Origin: Omnitrophica WOR_2 bacterium RIFOXYA2_FULL_38_17
Lineage (GTDB): Bacteria > Omnitrophota > Gorgyraeia > Zapsychrales > Zapsychraceae
Direction: 5' to 3'
Assembly: GCA_001805965.1 (NCBI GenBank)
Contig: MHHG01000012.1
Coordinates: 220 to 64,219, forward strand
DNA: 64,000 nt
Positions 20,230 through 30,143 of this stretch are shown here, in pieces. The translations under genes were made by a program, and so were the position numbers. The first letter of the stretch is position 1, and each line of letters begins with the position of its first letter. The notes under the pieces are model-generated. The model was given only the letters and a program-made list of their open reading frames with translations, made no database searches and was not told the origin of the DNA.

Positions 20230-21690
20230 TTAAAATTGGAAATATATAAATGGTATTATTTTTACAACTCCGTAATTCATTATTACCAGACAAAGCAAAA
20301 GGTATATCGACCATCTTAAAGCAATATATCTTTCAAAATAAGAACACTTGAACCAATCATGCTTTTGAAAATACTGCACAACAACAAAAAACATTATTAA
20401 ATAGATTGATGGTATTACATTTGGATAATATTCAGTTGTTTTCCCTGCCATAAATGACAAGACGACAGAGCTTTTATTCCAGTTAAAAAACAAATGAGAA
20501 TAAATATATATGGCATCTTTTAAAGAATTAGCCCTAAAGAATATCCAGGAAAAACAAACTAATATAAAGGTAAACACTGTCTGCAAAAAAGAATGTATTA
20601 CAGGAAATTTGTTCAATTTAACAATCTTGACAATTAATGATCTCAAATTCCTTGTTAGTTTAGAAAATATGTAATAAAGAGCATGGAGGAATCCCCAGAT
20701 AACAAAAGTCCAGTTCGCTCCATGCCATAGACCACTCAGAAGAAAAACGACAAGGACATTAAAATAAAACCTTTTTGCTGAGACTTTGTTCCCGCCAAGC
20801 GGAATATACAAATAATCCTTAAACCATGTAGTCAAAGAAATATGCCATCTGCTCCAAAACTCTGGAATGGATCTGGCAAAATAGGGCTTATTGAAATTTT
20901 TCATCAGATCAAAACCTAAGACTTTAGCGCTGCCGATAGCAATATCCGAGTATCCAGAAAAATCGCAATAAATCTGAAACGCAAAGAATATAGTAGCTAA
21001 ATTCAATTCTAATCCGGTAAATGCATCAGGTTTAGAGTAAACCTTATCCACAAAGATTGCTAAGCGGTCCGCAATAACCACTTTTTTGAACATGCCCCAC
21101 AACATTAGGCGTAATCCGCTAACAACCCTGTCATAATCGAAATTGAACTTTTTATAAAACTGCGGCAGCAATCTTGTTGATCTTTCAATAGGGCCAGCAA
21201 CTAACTGCGGAAAAAATGCTACATATAATGCAAACATACCTAAATGTTTTTCAGGCTCCTTATCTCCCCTATAAACATCAATAGAGTAGCTCAATGTTTG
21301 AAAAGTATAGAATGATATCCCTACGGGCAGCAAAAGATTCAGGGATGAAAACTTATAATCAACGTGAAAATAATTAAATAAGCACCCAATAGATTGATTA
21401 AAAAAGTTATAGTATTTGAAGATCGCCAACAAACTTAAGTTCGTAAACAAACTTAAAATAAGATATATTTTTCTTTTTGATTTTTCTGAGTGCCTGCCCA
21501 TCATTATCGCCGCAAAATAGTCGATCAGGGTTGATAGAATTATGAGCAAAAGATAACCTGGCTCCCAGCACATATAAAAGTAATAGCTGGCAACAAGAAG
21601 GAATATCCACCTATACTTTTGATCAATCAGAAAATAGACAATTACTACAACCGGAAAAAATATTAAAAATTGTATTGAATTAAATAGCAT
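20230..21690 (-). CDS. MBOAT family O-acyltransferase (AlgI/DltB-like)
   Basis: MLFNS, LPVGISFYTFQ, FFPQLVAGPIER, DFSGYSD, FWSRWHISL, SGLWHGA. Confidence 0.93.
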   Translation of the reverse strand: MLFNSIQFLIFFPVVVIVYFLIDQKYRWIFLLVASYYFYMCWEPGYLLLIILSTLIDYFAAIMMGRHSEKSKRKIYLILSLFTNLSLLAIFKYYNFFNQSIGCLFNYFHVDYKFSSLNLLLPVGISFYTFQTLSYSIDVYRGDKEPEKHLGMFALYVAFFPQLVAGPIERSTRLLPQFYKKFNFDYDRVVSGLRLMLWGMFKKVVIADRLAIFVDKVYSKPDAFTGLELNLATIFFAFQIYCDFSGYSDIAIGSAKVLGFDLMKNFNKPYFARSIPEFWSRWHISLTTWFKDYLYIPLGGNKVSAKRFYFNVLVVFLLSGLWHGANWTFVIWGFLHALYYIFSKLTRNLRSLIVKIVKLNKFPVIHSFLQTVFTFILVCFSWIFFRANSLKDAIYIYSHLFFNWNKSSVVLSFMAGKTTEYYPNVIPSIYLIMFFVVVQYFQKHDWFKCSYFERYIALRWSIYLLLCLVIMNYGVVKIIPFIYFQF

Positions 21691-21715
21691 CTAGTAAAAT
21701 ACTTTTATATTTAAG

Positions 21716-22426
21716 TTATAACCCTAGGAACTGAATCGCACACCCGCAAAGCAATATGGCAAACCCTGATATAGCATGCACATATCTTTCAAAATTTTTT
21801 AATGGCAGCAAATTCATACCAAAGGTAGTTATCAAGACAGATGCAATCATCGTTATTATAGTAACTGCACTAAAAACTGATGCTACCAAAACCATGCCCA
21901 CCATGCTTTGTTTAGCCGCTGGATACATCAGTATCGGTATAAGCGGTTCGCATGGGCCTAGAACAAAAACAACAAACAAAGCCCAAGGAACATAAGAAGC
22001 CCCATTACTTTGATGCACATGGGAATGTTCTAGCTTATGAGCGTGTTTGTGAATGTGAATTTCACCATCACTGTGGATATGAGGATGTGTGTGCGGTTTA
22101 TTCTTAATAGCTTGTTTTAAACCATAAATAAAATAAACAAAACCAAATACGATCAACGCCCAAGCAGCCCAATTACCTCTTATAGATTCAAACATTTCAA
22201 GTTTACCAACAGTTATACCTAGCCAAACTCCAATTAAGCCTATTACAATCGAACTACCAACATGACCAATACCGCACAAAAAAGTAATTAAAACAGTCTT
22301 CAGATATGACCATTTTTTTGCTTTCGCCATTGCTATGAACGGCACATAATGATCTGGCCCTAAAATTGTGTGAAAAAAACCAATTGATGCTGCTGCAATT
22401 AATAGCAGCCTGATTTCATTAGACAT
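21716..22426 (-). CDS. His-rich nickel/cobalt transporter-like membrane protein
   Basis: HTILGPDHY, GHVGSS, His-rich loop, GPCE; directly downstream of nikR. Confidence 0.8.
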   Translation of the reverse strand: MSNEIRLLLIAAASIGFFHTILGPDHYVPFIAMAKAKKWSYLKTVLITFLCGIGHVGSSIVIGLIGVWLGITVGKLEMFESIRGNWAAWALIVFGFVYFIYGLKQAIKNKPHTHPHIHSDGEIHIHKHAHKLEHSHVHQSNGASYVPWALFVVFVLGPCEPLIPILMYPAAKQSMVGMVLVASVFSAVTIITMIASVLITTFGMNLLPLKNFERYVHAISGFAILLCGCAIQFLGL

Positions 22427-22489
22427 TTCAGCTCCTGATTTATAAAAATTATAGTTAGTTCACTTTTACAAACTTATAAAACAATGAAT

Positions 22490-22885
22490 TTAGTCAAGTG
22501 CGCTCATAACCATTTCACCATGCTTCATTCCTTTTAAAGCAATAAGCCTGTCTGATAATTCTCGCAATTGAAAAGCCTTCCCTTTTACAGCAATAGTCTC
22601 TAAACAATTATGATGATCCAAATGGACATGCTGAACTGAAAGCACGGTACTAGGGTAATCATGCTGAATGCTCATCGACTTGTTGAGAATATCTCTTTTG
22701 TGATGGTCATAAACAAGAACTATACAACCGCTTACTTCCTGGTTAGCTTCCCATCTATCATCAACCTGATTTTTTCTAATCAGATATCGTATCGCTTGTG
22801 ACCTATTGGGAAGCTTTTGCTTATTTACAATCTCATCTAAATCTTTTAACAGATTATCTTCTAATGACACACCAAATCTTTTCAT
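22490..22885 (-). CDS. nikR: Nickel-responsive regulator NikR
   Basis: RHH domain RFGVSL...NRSQAIR, YDHH, HVHLDHHNCLE. Confidence 0.96.
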   Translation of the reverse strand: MKRFGVSLEDNLLKDLDEIVNKQKLPNRSQAIRYLIRKNQVDDRWEANQEVSGCIVLVYDHHKRDILNKSMSIQHDYPSTVLSVQHVHLDHHNCLETIAVKGKAFQLRELSDRLIALKGMKHGEMVMSALD

Positions 22886-22888
22886 AGA

Positions 22889-22915
22889 ATAGCACCTTTT
22901 AAGAAATCATAACAC
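22889..22915 (-). promoter_or_regulatory. Candidate NikR operator (direct repeat)
   Basis: GTGTTAT-N13-GTGCTAT on the minus strand, overlapping the -10 box and RBS of nikR. Confidence 0.65.
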
Positions 22916-22933
22916 CCGATTTTTTCATGTCAA
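22906..22933 (-). promoter_or_regulatory. Predicted sigma70 promoter of nikR
   Basis: TTGACA-N16-TATGAT with TGn extended -10. Confidence 0.6.
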
Positions 22934-22999
22934 CATAAATAATAATCAAATATTTCAGTTAAACAACTTATAAGACTTTAAGGAATTAACTAAATAAGA

Positions 23000-23046
23000 A
23001 AACCTCAAGTTATAATTTACCATATTTTATATCTTGAGGCTTTTTA
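23000..23046 (-). terminator. Probable intrinsic terminator
   Basis: CCTCAAG...CTTGAGG stem followed by T-runs on both strands, just past the stop of 23070..23657. Confidence 0.55.
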
Positions 23047-23069
23047 TTATATAGCAGTTTTTAAAACAA

Positions 23070-23657
23070 TTAAACTTTTCCAATTAGGGAATTAATCTTT
23101 TCTACCAAAAGATCTTCATTAAACGGCTTATCTAAACAACAATCTACATCCAATGATTTTATTCTCTCTCTTCCATCATCATCAAAAAATGCAGAGATTG
23201 CAATAATTTTAACATTTGCATTCTCTGGGACATCTTTTATTCTCTTAGCTACTTCATAACCATCCATTCCCGGCATGCGTATATCCAGCAATACTATATC
23301 CGGCCGAAAAAGTAGCATTTTCCTTCCTGCATCAAAACCATCACGCGCAATATCTATTTCAAAATTATCAATTCTTGCAAGGACTCTTTTTATGGAGTTT
23401 GACATATTCTTATCATCATCAACTATGAGTATTTTCTTCTTTGAACCATTATTAGCATTAGAAACAAAATCTTCCGGGATTGGAATATTATGTTCTTTCA
23501 GAAAAGATATAAAATCATCTTCTTTTACTCTATTATGATTACCAAGTGTTCTGAACGCCTTAATTTTACCTTCACTGATCCATTGAGCCACTGTTCTTGG
23601 CGAAACATCACAATGTTTTGCAATGTCATATGTTGTAAGTGCTTTTTTATTCACCAT
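23070..23657 (-). CDS. Response regulator with N-terminal excisionase/MerR-like HTH
   Basis: LTTYDIAKHCDVSPRTVAQW...FRTLGNHNR, then a receiver (ILIVDDD, LLDIRMPGMDG, KPF). Confidence 0.88.
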   Translation of the reverse strand: MVNKKALTTYDIAKHCDVSPRTVAQWISEGKIKAFRTLGNHNRVKEDDFISFLKEHNIPIPEDFVSNANNGSKKKILIVDDDKNMSNSIKRVLARIDNFEIDIARDGFDAGRKMLLFRPDIVLLDIRMPGMDGYEVAKRIKDVPENANVKIIAISAFFDDDGRERIKSLDVDCCLDKPFNEDLLVEKINSLIGKV

Positions 23658-23865
23658 AAATTATATTCCTATGAATAAGTTATAAATTTTTTAAATTCTA
23701 ACCATAACTATTTTGTTATTCCTGAAATACTCTTTTTTCTCGTTTTTCAGGTTTGACTTGTTTAAATATAAAATATTATGAGACTAATGTCAATGCCATA
23801 AATTTCGTTTATCATGTTTTTTTACTAAATCACATTAAAACAGCAATAATATGAAATTTTTATAT

Positions 23866-24957
23866 TTAATTATCAAATAGATTCAAATATTCTTCATAAC
23901 CTTGTTCAGACAAGTCATTTTTAGGAATGAACTTTAATGCTGCTGAATTAATGCAGTATCTTAATCCTGTTGGCTGTGGGCCATCATGAAAAACATGCCC
24001 CAGATGTGAATCAGCATTCTTGCTTCTTACCTCAACCCTTTTGCTAAACAAAGAATTGTCATCTTTTTCTACAATATTAACTGGCTCAAGAGGCTTAGTA
24101 AAACTTGGCCATCCTGTTCCCGATTTAAACTTATCTTTTGAACTAAAAAGAACTTCTCCTGAAATTATATCAACATAAATCCCTTCACTTATATTATCCC
24201 AATATTCATTAGCAAATGGCTTTTCTGTTCCATTCTCTTGGGTAACCTTATACTGAAGTGGTGTTATTTTTGATTTCAGCTCTTTTACAGATAGCTTGAC
24301 AAATTTACCTTTTGAATTATTATGATTCTCCGTTTTAAGATCAGCACTCCAGGATCTATTCAAGAATTGGTCACGTCCTGATCTTGATCTGTAATATTTG
24401 TATTTAACAGGATGATTCTTATAGTAATCCTGATGGTATTCTTCTGCCGGATAAAAGCGTGAAAATTCAATTATTTTTGTTACAACCAGCTTGCTGAATC
24501 TTGCCGAAGCATCTAGATTTTTCTTTGATTCAATAGCTATCTTTTTTTCTTCTTCATTTGAATAGAATATTGCACTTGTATAATAAGCTCCTCTATCAAC
24601 AAATTGGCCCCCTTCATCCGTTGGGTCTATTTGCCGCCAAAAAACATCTAGAAGCTGAGAATAAGATATTTTTTCAGGATCATAAGTAACTTCAATAGCC
24701 TCTAAATGTCCTTTTTGACCATAATTCTCATAAGTTGGATTGTCACCCTTCCCCCCTGTATATCCTGAAACTACAGATAAAACACCATCCAGTTTTTCAA
24801 AAGGTAACTCCATGCACCAAAAGCACCCTCCTGCAAAAACAGCTTTTTTATATTGGCCTCCCATTGCAAAACTCCCCATAAAGTTTATTGCAAAACATAT
24901 AAAACATATCCTGATAATAACTCCTGATTTAGGAATTATATTTTTTATGTTTTGCAT
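23866..24957 (-). CDS. msrAB: Peptide methionine sulfoxide reductase MsrA/MsrB fusion, probably exported
   Basis: [34 protein letters not shown]; hydrophobic N-terminal leader. Confidence 0.95.
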   Translation of the reverse strand: MQNIKNIIPKSGVIIRICFICFAINFMGSFAMGGQYKKAVFAGGCFWCMELPFEKLDGVLSVVSGYTGGKGDNPTYENYGQKGHLEAIEVTYDPEKISYSQLLDVFWRQIDPTDEGGQFVDRGAYYTSAIFYSNEEEKKIAIESKKNLDASARFSKLVVTKIIEFSRFYPAEEYHQDYYKNHPVKYKYYRSRSGRDQFLNRSWSADLKTENHNNSKGKFVKLSVKELKSKITPLQYKVTQENGTEKPFANEYWDNISEGIYVDIISGEVLFSSKDKFKSGTGWPSFTKPLEPVNIVEKDDNSLFSKRVEVRSKNADSHLGHVFHDGPQPTGLRYCINSAALKFIPKNDLSEQGYEEYLNLFDN

Positions 24958-24968
24958 TTTTAGTCCTC

Positions 24969-25388
24969 CTATTTTACTAATAGATCAAAATATATTGCCG
25001 CCATAAGAGCCAATCCAGAAGCTATAAAAATAAACAAAAAGTTCACTCTTTCTTTGTTAGACCTTATTTGGCACAAAATAACGGAAAGTATCTTATAATC
25101 TTCATTAGTCAGGAGTGTTTCTTTGTTGATCTTTTCAAGGAGCCCAGAATCATCAATAAGTTTGCTTCTTTCTTTAAACACTCCATATTTATACATAAAA
25201 AAAACAAAAAAACCTGTAACTCCTATATACCAGGCTAGTTTTCCCCAAAAAGGGGACAGATTCATCAAAACCGTAACAACGCGAATGGCTACAGTAGAAA
25301 TAAATCCGATTATTATAAAAATCCAAGATATAAATTCTTTTCGGCAGGCTTTTAAGCCTTTACAGTTAGAACACTGAATGTGCGTCAT
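24969..25388 (-). CDS. Hypothetical membrane protein with N-terminal Cys motif
   Basis: [10 protein letters not shown] followed by about 3 TM helices. Confidence 0.65.
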   Translation of the reverse strand: MTHIQCSNCKGLKACRKEFISWIFIIIGFISTVAIRVVTVLMNLSPFWGKLAWYIGVTGFFVFFMYKYGVFKERSKLIDDSGLLEKINKETLLTNEDYKILSVILCQIRSNKERVNFLFIFIASGLALMAAIYFDLLVK

Positions 25389-25412
25389 AGAACCTTTCCA
25401 ATAATTATGATT

Positions 25413-26000
25413 TTATAAAACTTTCTGTCCGATCAGATTAACTCCTGTGGACAATTTTTCACCGAACAGTCTTGCCTGTTCAACAGAAAGACCATCATCC
25501 CAACTATCATTCATTCTTGCACGGCAATCAATAGCACCCATCCATGTCATACCCAGAAAATCAGCTGTAGCGCACATTGCAAGCTGTAAATAGTCTGAGC
25601 CATTCATTAAATGAGAGCCTCCGTGGGTACTAAGAAGCGCTAAACCTTTTCCCTTGAGAGCTGTAGTAAAATCAGGATTTATAAAATCTGTCCATCTATC
25701 AACAAACAGTTTTAATTTTCCGGACATCTGATACCAATAAATTGGCGATGATAACAAAATAATATCTGCCTTTAACATTTTTTTCTTTAGTGCTGGCATA
25801 TCGTCTTTTATTTTATCTGTTTGCTTTTTCATAACATCACCAAAATAGTCTTTCCAAACTGCTTCAACATTGTAATCATAAACTTGGATAGACTCTATTT
25901 CAGCATCTTTATTTTTCTTCATTCCTTCTATACAGGCATTTAATAATTTAGCGCTATTTCCCTTCGCATCAGGACTTCCGTGAACAGTTAAAATTTTCAT
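25413..26000 (-). CDS. Flavodoxin-fold NAD(P)H-dependent FMN reductase family protein
   Basis: VHGSP..GNS, SSPIYWY...KLFVDR; lacks the Isf CxxCxxC motif. Confidence 0.8.
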   Translation of the reverse strand: MKILTVHGSPDAKGNSAKLLNACIEGMKKNKDAEIESIQVYDYNVEAVWKDYFGDVMKKQTDKIKDDMPALKKKMLKADIILLSSPIYWYQMSGKLKLFVDRWTDFINPDFTTALKGKGLALLSTHGGSHLMNGSDYLQLAMCATADFLGMTWMGAIDCRARMNDSWDDGLSVEQARLFGEKLSTGVNLIGQKVL

Positions 26001-26028
26001 AACAACTCCTTAAGCAAAAATATATTTT

Positions 26029-26535
26029 CTATTTTTTCCCAAACATGATGCTTATATCCTTTTTTATTGCTTCGAGGTCTTCTTCATGCATAACCTCATC
26101 AGTCATTATCTGTAATGCCATATCATAAGTAACTGGATCCTTATCTTTAGTAAATTTCATTATATTCTCATAAACAGATATAGCACACTGTTCGCCTTTT
26201 ATATTCTGGTCTAATAAAACTCTTACATCCGGATTCGCTGGCTTATCATAACCACAGTTAGTAAAATCATACCATTCCTTAGGCTCAAGTAACGGCTCTC
26301 CTCCTAATTGGATTATCCTATCTGCTACCATGCCAGCATGACGCAACTCATCAGCTGAATGCTGTATTAATTCTGCAACAACCGCCTCCTTCGGCATACC
26401 AACAGCAACCTTTGCTCCAAGCCAATATTGATAATATGCAAGCCATTCATCAGCAAAGGCCTTGTTCAATAATGTTAATAATTTCGGGATCTTGATACCC
26501 AATGATTCTAGTATTGCTCTTCCTTTAGTACCCAT
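26029..26535 (-). CDS. DPS-like (thioferritin/bacterioferritin-related) protein
   Basis: DEWLAYYQYW, DELRHA..ADRI, Cys pair (NCGY, EQCAI), DEVMHEEDL. Confidence 0.85.
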   Translation of the reverse strand: MGTKGRAILESLGIKIPKLLTLLNKAFADEWLAYYQYWLGAKVAVGMPKEAVVAELIQHSADELRHAGMVADRIIQLGGEPLLEPKEWYDFTNCGYDKPANPDVRVLLDQNIKGEQCAISVYENIMKFTKDKDPVTYDMALQIMTDEVMHEEDLEAIKKDISIMFGKK

Positions 26536-26581
26536 CTTAAATCCTCCTTTTTAAAAAATACTGTTTTAACATTCTTAAATC

Positions 26582-27394
26582 CTATCCAAAAGCAACATCC
26601 AATACCATCATTACTACAAAGCCTAACATTGCGCCCATTGTGGCAAGGTCTGCATTGCCTTCTCTTTGTGATTCAGGGATAACTTCCTCGATAACCACAA
26701 AAATCATAGCCCCAGCCGCAAATGCCAAAGCATAAGGTAATATTGGCTTAGCCACGATAACAGCAGCTGCACCAATAACACTAAATATCGGTTCAACAAC
26801 ACCTGACAGCTGTCCATACCAAAAACTTTTTGAACGGGACATGCCATCACGCCTTAAAGGGACTGATATTGCAAAACCTTCCGGGAAATTTTGAATTCCT
26901 ATACCAATCGCCAGTGCTATGGCACCAGATAATGTTGCTGACGGTAATCCGGCGGTTACCGCACCAAACGCAACGCCAACAGCCAATCCTTCAGGAATAT
27001 TATGTAATGTAATAGCAAGTACCAGCAATGTACTTCTTTTCCACGAAGTTTTAACACCTTCTGCTTCATCCATATTAAATCCCAAGTGAAGGTGCGGCAG
27101 AATCTTATCAATAAGCCTCAAAAATATTCCGCCGAGTAAAAATCCGGCTGCTGCAGGAAACCATACAGGCAAATACATGCCTTCTGACATTTCAATAGCT
27201 GGTGCAAGAAGCGACCAATAGCTAGCTGCTATCATAACACCACCCGCAAAACCTAACATTATATCTAAAACTTTTCGATTTACCTGTCTTGTGGCAAAAA
27301 CTGTGGCAGCCCCTAATACTGTAACAGACCAAGTAAAGAGGCCAGCAATAAGAGCCTGAGAAACTGGATGGAATTTCTGAAAGATATCAATCAT
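26582..27394 (-). CDS. ZIP family metal transporter (ZupT/GufA-like)
   Basis: [27 protein letters not shown]. Confidence 0.92.
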   Translation of the reverse strand: MIDIFQKFHPVSQALIAGLFTWSVTVLGAATVFATRQVNRKVLDIMLGFAGGVMIAASYWSLLAPAIEMSEGMYLPVWFPAAAGFLLGGIFLRLIDKILPHLHLGFNMDEAEGVKTSWKRSTLLVLAITLHNIPEGLAVGVAFGAVTAGLPSATLSGAIALAIGIGIQNFPEGFAISVPLRRDGMSRSKSFWYGQLSGVVEPIFSVIGAAAVIVAKPILPYALAFAAGAMIFVVIEEVIPESQREGNADLATMGAMLGFVVMMVLDVAFG

Positions 27395-27587
27395 AAGATC
27401 GAACCTGTTATAAAGCTTCTTTTCAACATCACCTTATGAATATTTTTAAATAGCATGAATTATGATTTTACAAAAACCCTTAATTACTTTATTTTTTCAG
27501 GCTTACATAAATTAATTTGAGGATAGCATTATACATTCAGATCATTTGTAAACTAATAATATTATTATAGCCATATAAGTTTAGCTT

Positions 27588-28148
27588 TCAAGCAAACAAG
27601 TGCCCAACCAATATTTTGGCACCTATGCCTATAAGTATCAATCCCGCGACTATCTCAATTTTCTTCTCGAAAATTTCACCAAATTTATTGCCTATAAAAA
27701 ATCCTGTATAAGACATAACAAATGTAATTACTCCTATAACAACCACTGGCATAATAATTGATACCTTTAAGAAAGACAGGCTCAACCCCACTGCCAAAGC
27801 ATCAATACTTGTAGCAATTGAAAGGGCCATCAAGACTTTGTAACTCACATTACTGTCAGACCTTTCTAAAACATCTATCTTTCCAGCTTCCATTATCATT
27901 TTAACTCCGATCAAACTAAGCAATCCAAAAGCTAACCAGTGATCAATACCTTCTATCAGATGAACAAAACTTCTGCCAGCAAGCCATCCAATAATCGGCA
28001 TAACCATCTGAAATAGACCGAAACTTAGACCAAACTTCAATGCATTTTTGATCTTCTGTTTCTTTATTATCACACCACTGGCTATAGAAACTGCAAACGC
28101 ATCCATAGATAAAGAAAGTGCTATTAAAATCGTTGTTAAAAAATTCAT
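27588..28148 (-). CDS. mntP: Manganese efflux pump MntP
   Basis: SLSMDAFAVS and ATSIDALAVG twin motifs, IDHW. Confidence 0.9.
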   Translation of the reverse strand: MNFLTTILIALSLSMDAFAVSIASGVIIKKQKIKNALKFGLSFGLFQMVMPIIGWLAGRSFVHLIEGIDHWLAFGLLSLIGVKMIMEAGKIDVLERSDSNVSYKVLMALSIATSIDALAVGLSLSFLKVSIIMPVVVIGVITFVMSYTGFFIGNKFGEIFEKKIEIVAGLILIGIGAKILVGHLFA

Positions 28149-28172
28149 GTTTGTTAAAATTTATTTATAAGA

Positions 28173-29240
28173 TTACCGTTTAAAATGTTTTTTAATGAAC
28201 CTGTCAATGCTCACTTTTTCCTCTAAAGATTGGATGCCGATTAAATAATCAGCCATTTGATTTGAATAAAAAGGGCCCCAGAGCAATCCTTTTGACGCCA
28301 AACCATTAAATATTGCAAGAGAACTAAATTCTGGATGCCTGCCCAATGCTGGATTCAAATCCTTCATGATGGGCCTAACTCCTGCCATGTGGTCAACAAC
28401 CTCAAATGATGCCTTAATAAAGATCCCGATTTCCGTCAAGATCTCCTCTTTTGCTTTTTCAGTTATTTTGCAGTCAAATTTATCCCACGAATATGTTGAT
28501 CCCGCTGTATATTTTCCATCACCAATCGGTATACACCATTTACCACAGCTAATAACTGCATCTGGAAGGCCGGAATCTTTATTTGACAATGTCAATATCT
28601 CTCCTTTTGCATGATTAAAAGGAAGCCAGGAAAACCATGGATTATCTTGAGATTGATAGCCTTCGCAAAAGACTACACATCGATAATAATTACTCTTCCA
28701 TTCAACAAGATCGTCTTTAATTTTCAAATCATCATAAACCAACTTTCCCGAAACCAACAAATTGTTCTCTTTGAAATAATCAGTGAAACAATTCAACAGA
28801 TCAAGTTTGCGGCAATACCCTCCCTGCTGAATGATAAAACTTCCTTTTTGATCATTTAGAGAATCTGCATAAGTGCCGGGCTTCTGTTTTTTTCCATAAT
28901 ATTTCTTAAGATGAGTTTGCTGTCTTTTTCTCGACCATTCATATAATTCCTGTTTAGAGCCGAACAATCTTACTATTTCTTTTGATTCAAAGAATTTTTT
29001 ATTAAATAATCTTTCAAGCTCATGATAGACTTCCTTTGCATAAGGCAAAAGCTCTTCACATCTCTGGGATAAAACCAGCCGCTTCCCTGTAATAGGATTA
29101 ATCATTCCAGCAGCAGCTAAAGATGAGCAGTTTTCATGATCTTGGTCAATAATAGCTATTGATTTATTTCGCCTCAACAAATTCCAGGATAAAAAGCTAC
29201 CCGCCAATCCTTGTCCGACAATAAGATAATCTTTAACCAT
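28173..29240 (-). CDS. FAD-dependent oxidoreductase, DAO family (MnmC oxidase-like)
   Basis: IVGQGLAG, AAAGMINP, KGEIL, AGVRP, NGLASKG. Confidence 0.8.
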   Translation of the reverse strand: MVKDYLIVGQGLAGSFLSWNLLRRNKSIAIIDQDHENCSSLAAAGMINPITGKRLVLSQRCEELLPYAKEVYHELERLFNKKFFESKEIVRLFGSKQELYEWSRKRQQTHLKKYYGKKQKPGTYADSLNDQKGSFIIQQGGYCRKLDLLNCFTDYFKENNLLVSGKLVYDDLKIKDDLVEWKSNYYRCVVFCEGYQSQDNPWFSWLPFNHAKGEILTLSNKDSGLPDAVISCGKWCIPIGDGKYTAGSTYSWDKFDCKITEKAKEEILTEIGIFIKASFEVVDHMAGVRPIMKDLNPALGRHPEFSSLAIFNGLASKGLLWGPFYSNQMADYLIGIQSLEEKVSIDRFIKKHFKR

Positions 29241-29829
29241 TCTTCTGTCTATAAACCCTTTTCTCTATTCCGATCAAAAGCGGAGGGTTGTTATCTTGAT
29301 TAATGAAATCCAGACGAAATACATTATACTTTTGTTTATCCAATTTTTCCGAATAAGCGCATACCTTCTCTTTTTCATCTGTGCCTGTTGGCGGGCCATA
29401 ATATACAACAAGTAATATTAGCCCTCCATCAACAAGCAAATCCAAAGATTTATTTATCGCTAAAATTGTATTTTGAGCTTTTGTTGTTATCTTTTTATCG
29501 CTTCCCGGTAAATATCCTAAATTAAATACAACAAGCTTTACCTTATCTTTAATATATTTATCTATAAATTCATGTCCATCATTTACCAGCTTAACATTTC
29601 TAAAAATATTATTACTCTCTAAAAGCGATTTAGTATTATCGATGGCGTTAGCCTGTATGTCAAAGCTATAAACCTTACCTTTGGATCCAACAATATTCGC
29701 TAAAAACAATGTATCATTCCCATTACCAGCTGTAGCATCTACTGCAATATCGCCCTCCTTCAGCTTCTGAGAGATGATTATTTTTGCAATATTAAGTGAT
29801 TGATTTAAAAATTCCTGGGATTTAAACAT
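29233..29829 (-). CDS. Class I SAM methyltransferase, YtqB/MnmM family
   Basis: VDATAGNGNDT, FDIQ, GHE, FNLGYLPG, late NNPP. Confidence 0.8.
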   Translation of the reverse strand: MFKSQEFLNQSLNIAKIIISQKLKEGDIAVDATAGNGNDTLFLANIVGSKGKVYSFDIQANAIDNTKSLLESNNIFRNVKLVNDGHEFIDKYIKDKVKLVVFNLGYLPGSDKKITTKAQNTILAINKSLDLLVDGGLILLVVYYGPPTGTDEKEKVCAYSEKLDKQKYNVFRLDFINQDNNPPLLIGIEKRVYRQKNG

Positions 29830-29873
29830 TATTAAATTGAGTTTAAAGGTTTAATGTGAAGCCATTAAATCAA

Positions 29874-30143
29874 TCACAAAACCATTTTTACTCCTTCAAC
29901 ATTCAGAAGGTCAGAGTTAACCTTACACATTTCCTCTTTGGACTTAACATTAATATCAACACCAAAGCTAAGGTAGTTGCTTTTATTAGATTTATTCCCA
30001 TCTTGAAGTTTGGTTTTTACTTCAAACTTTTTAAGTACTGATTCAATATCAACACTTATTTCATTTCGGTTAACAGCAATTATTCTGTAATGGCAAATTA
30101 TAGGGAATTGCAATTTTGGGACTGAAGGCAATCTTTCAGACAT
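29874..30143 (-). CDS. DUF493/YbeD-like ACT-fold protein
   Basis: LQFP..YRII, SNKSNYLS, C-terminal VKMVL. Confidence 0.75.
   Translation of the reverse strand: MSERLPSVPKLQFPIICHYRIIAVNRNEISVDIESVLKKFEVKTKLQDGNKSNKSNYLSFGVDINVKSKEEMCKVNSDLLNVEGVKMVL

Noticed and set aside
28148-28173. yybP-ykoY Mn riboswitch expected before mntP
   Set aside because: Only about 24 bp of intergenic sequence, too short for the element.
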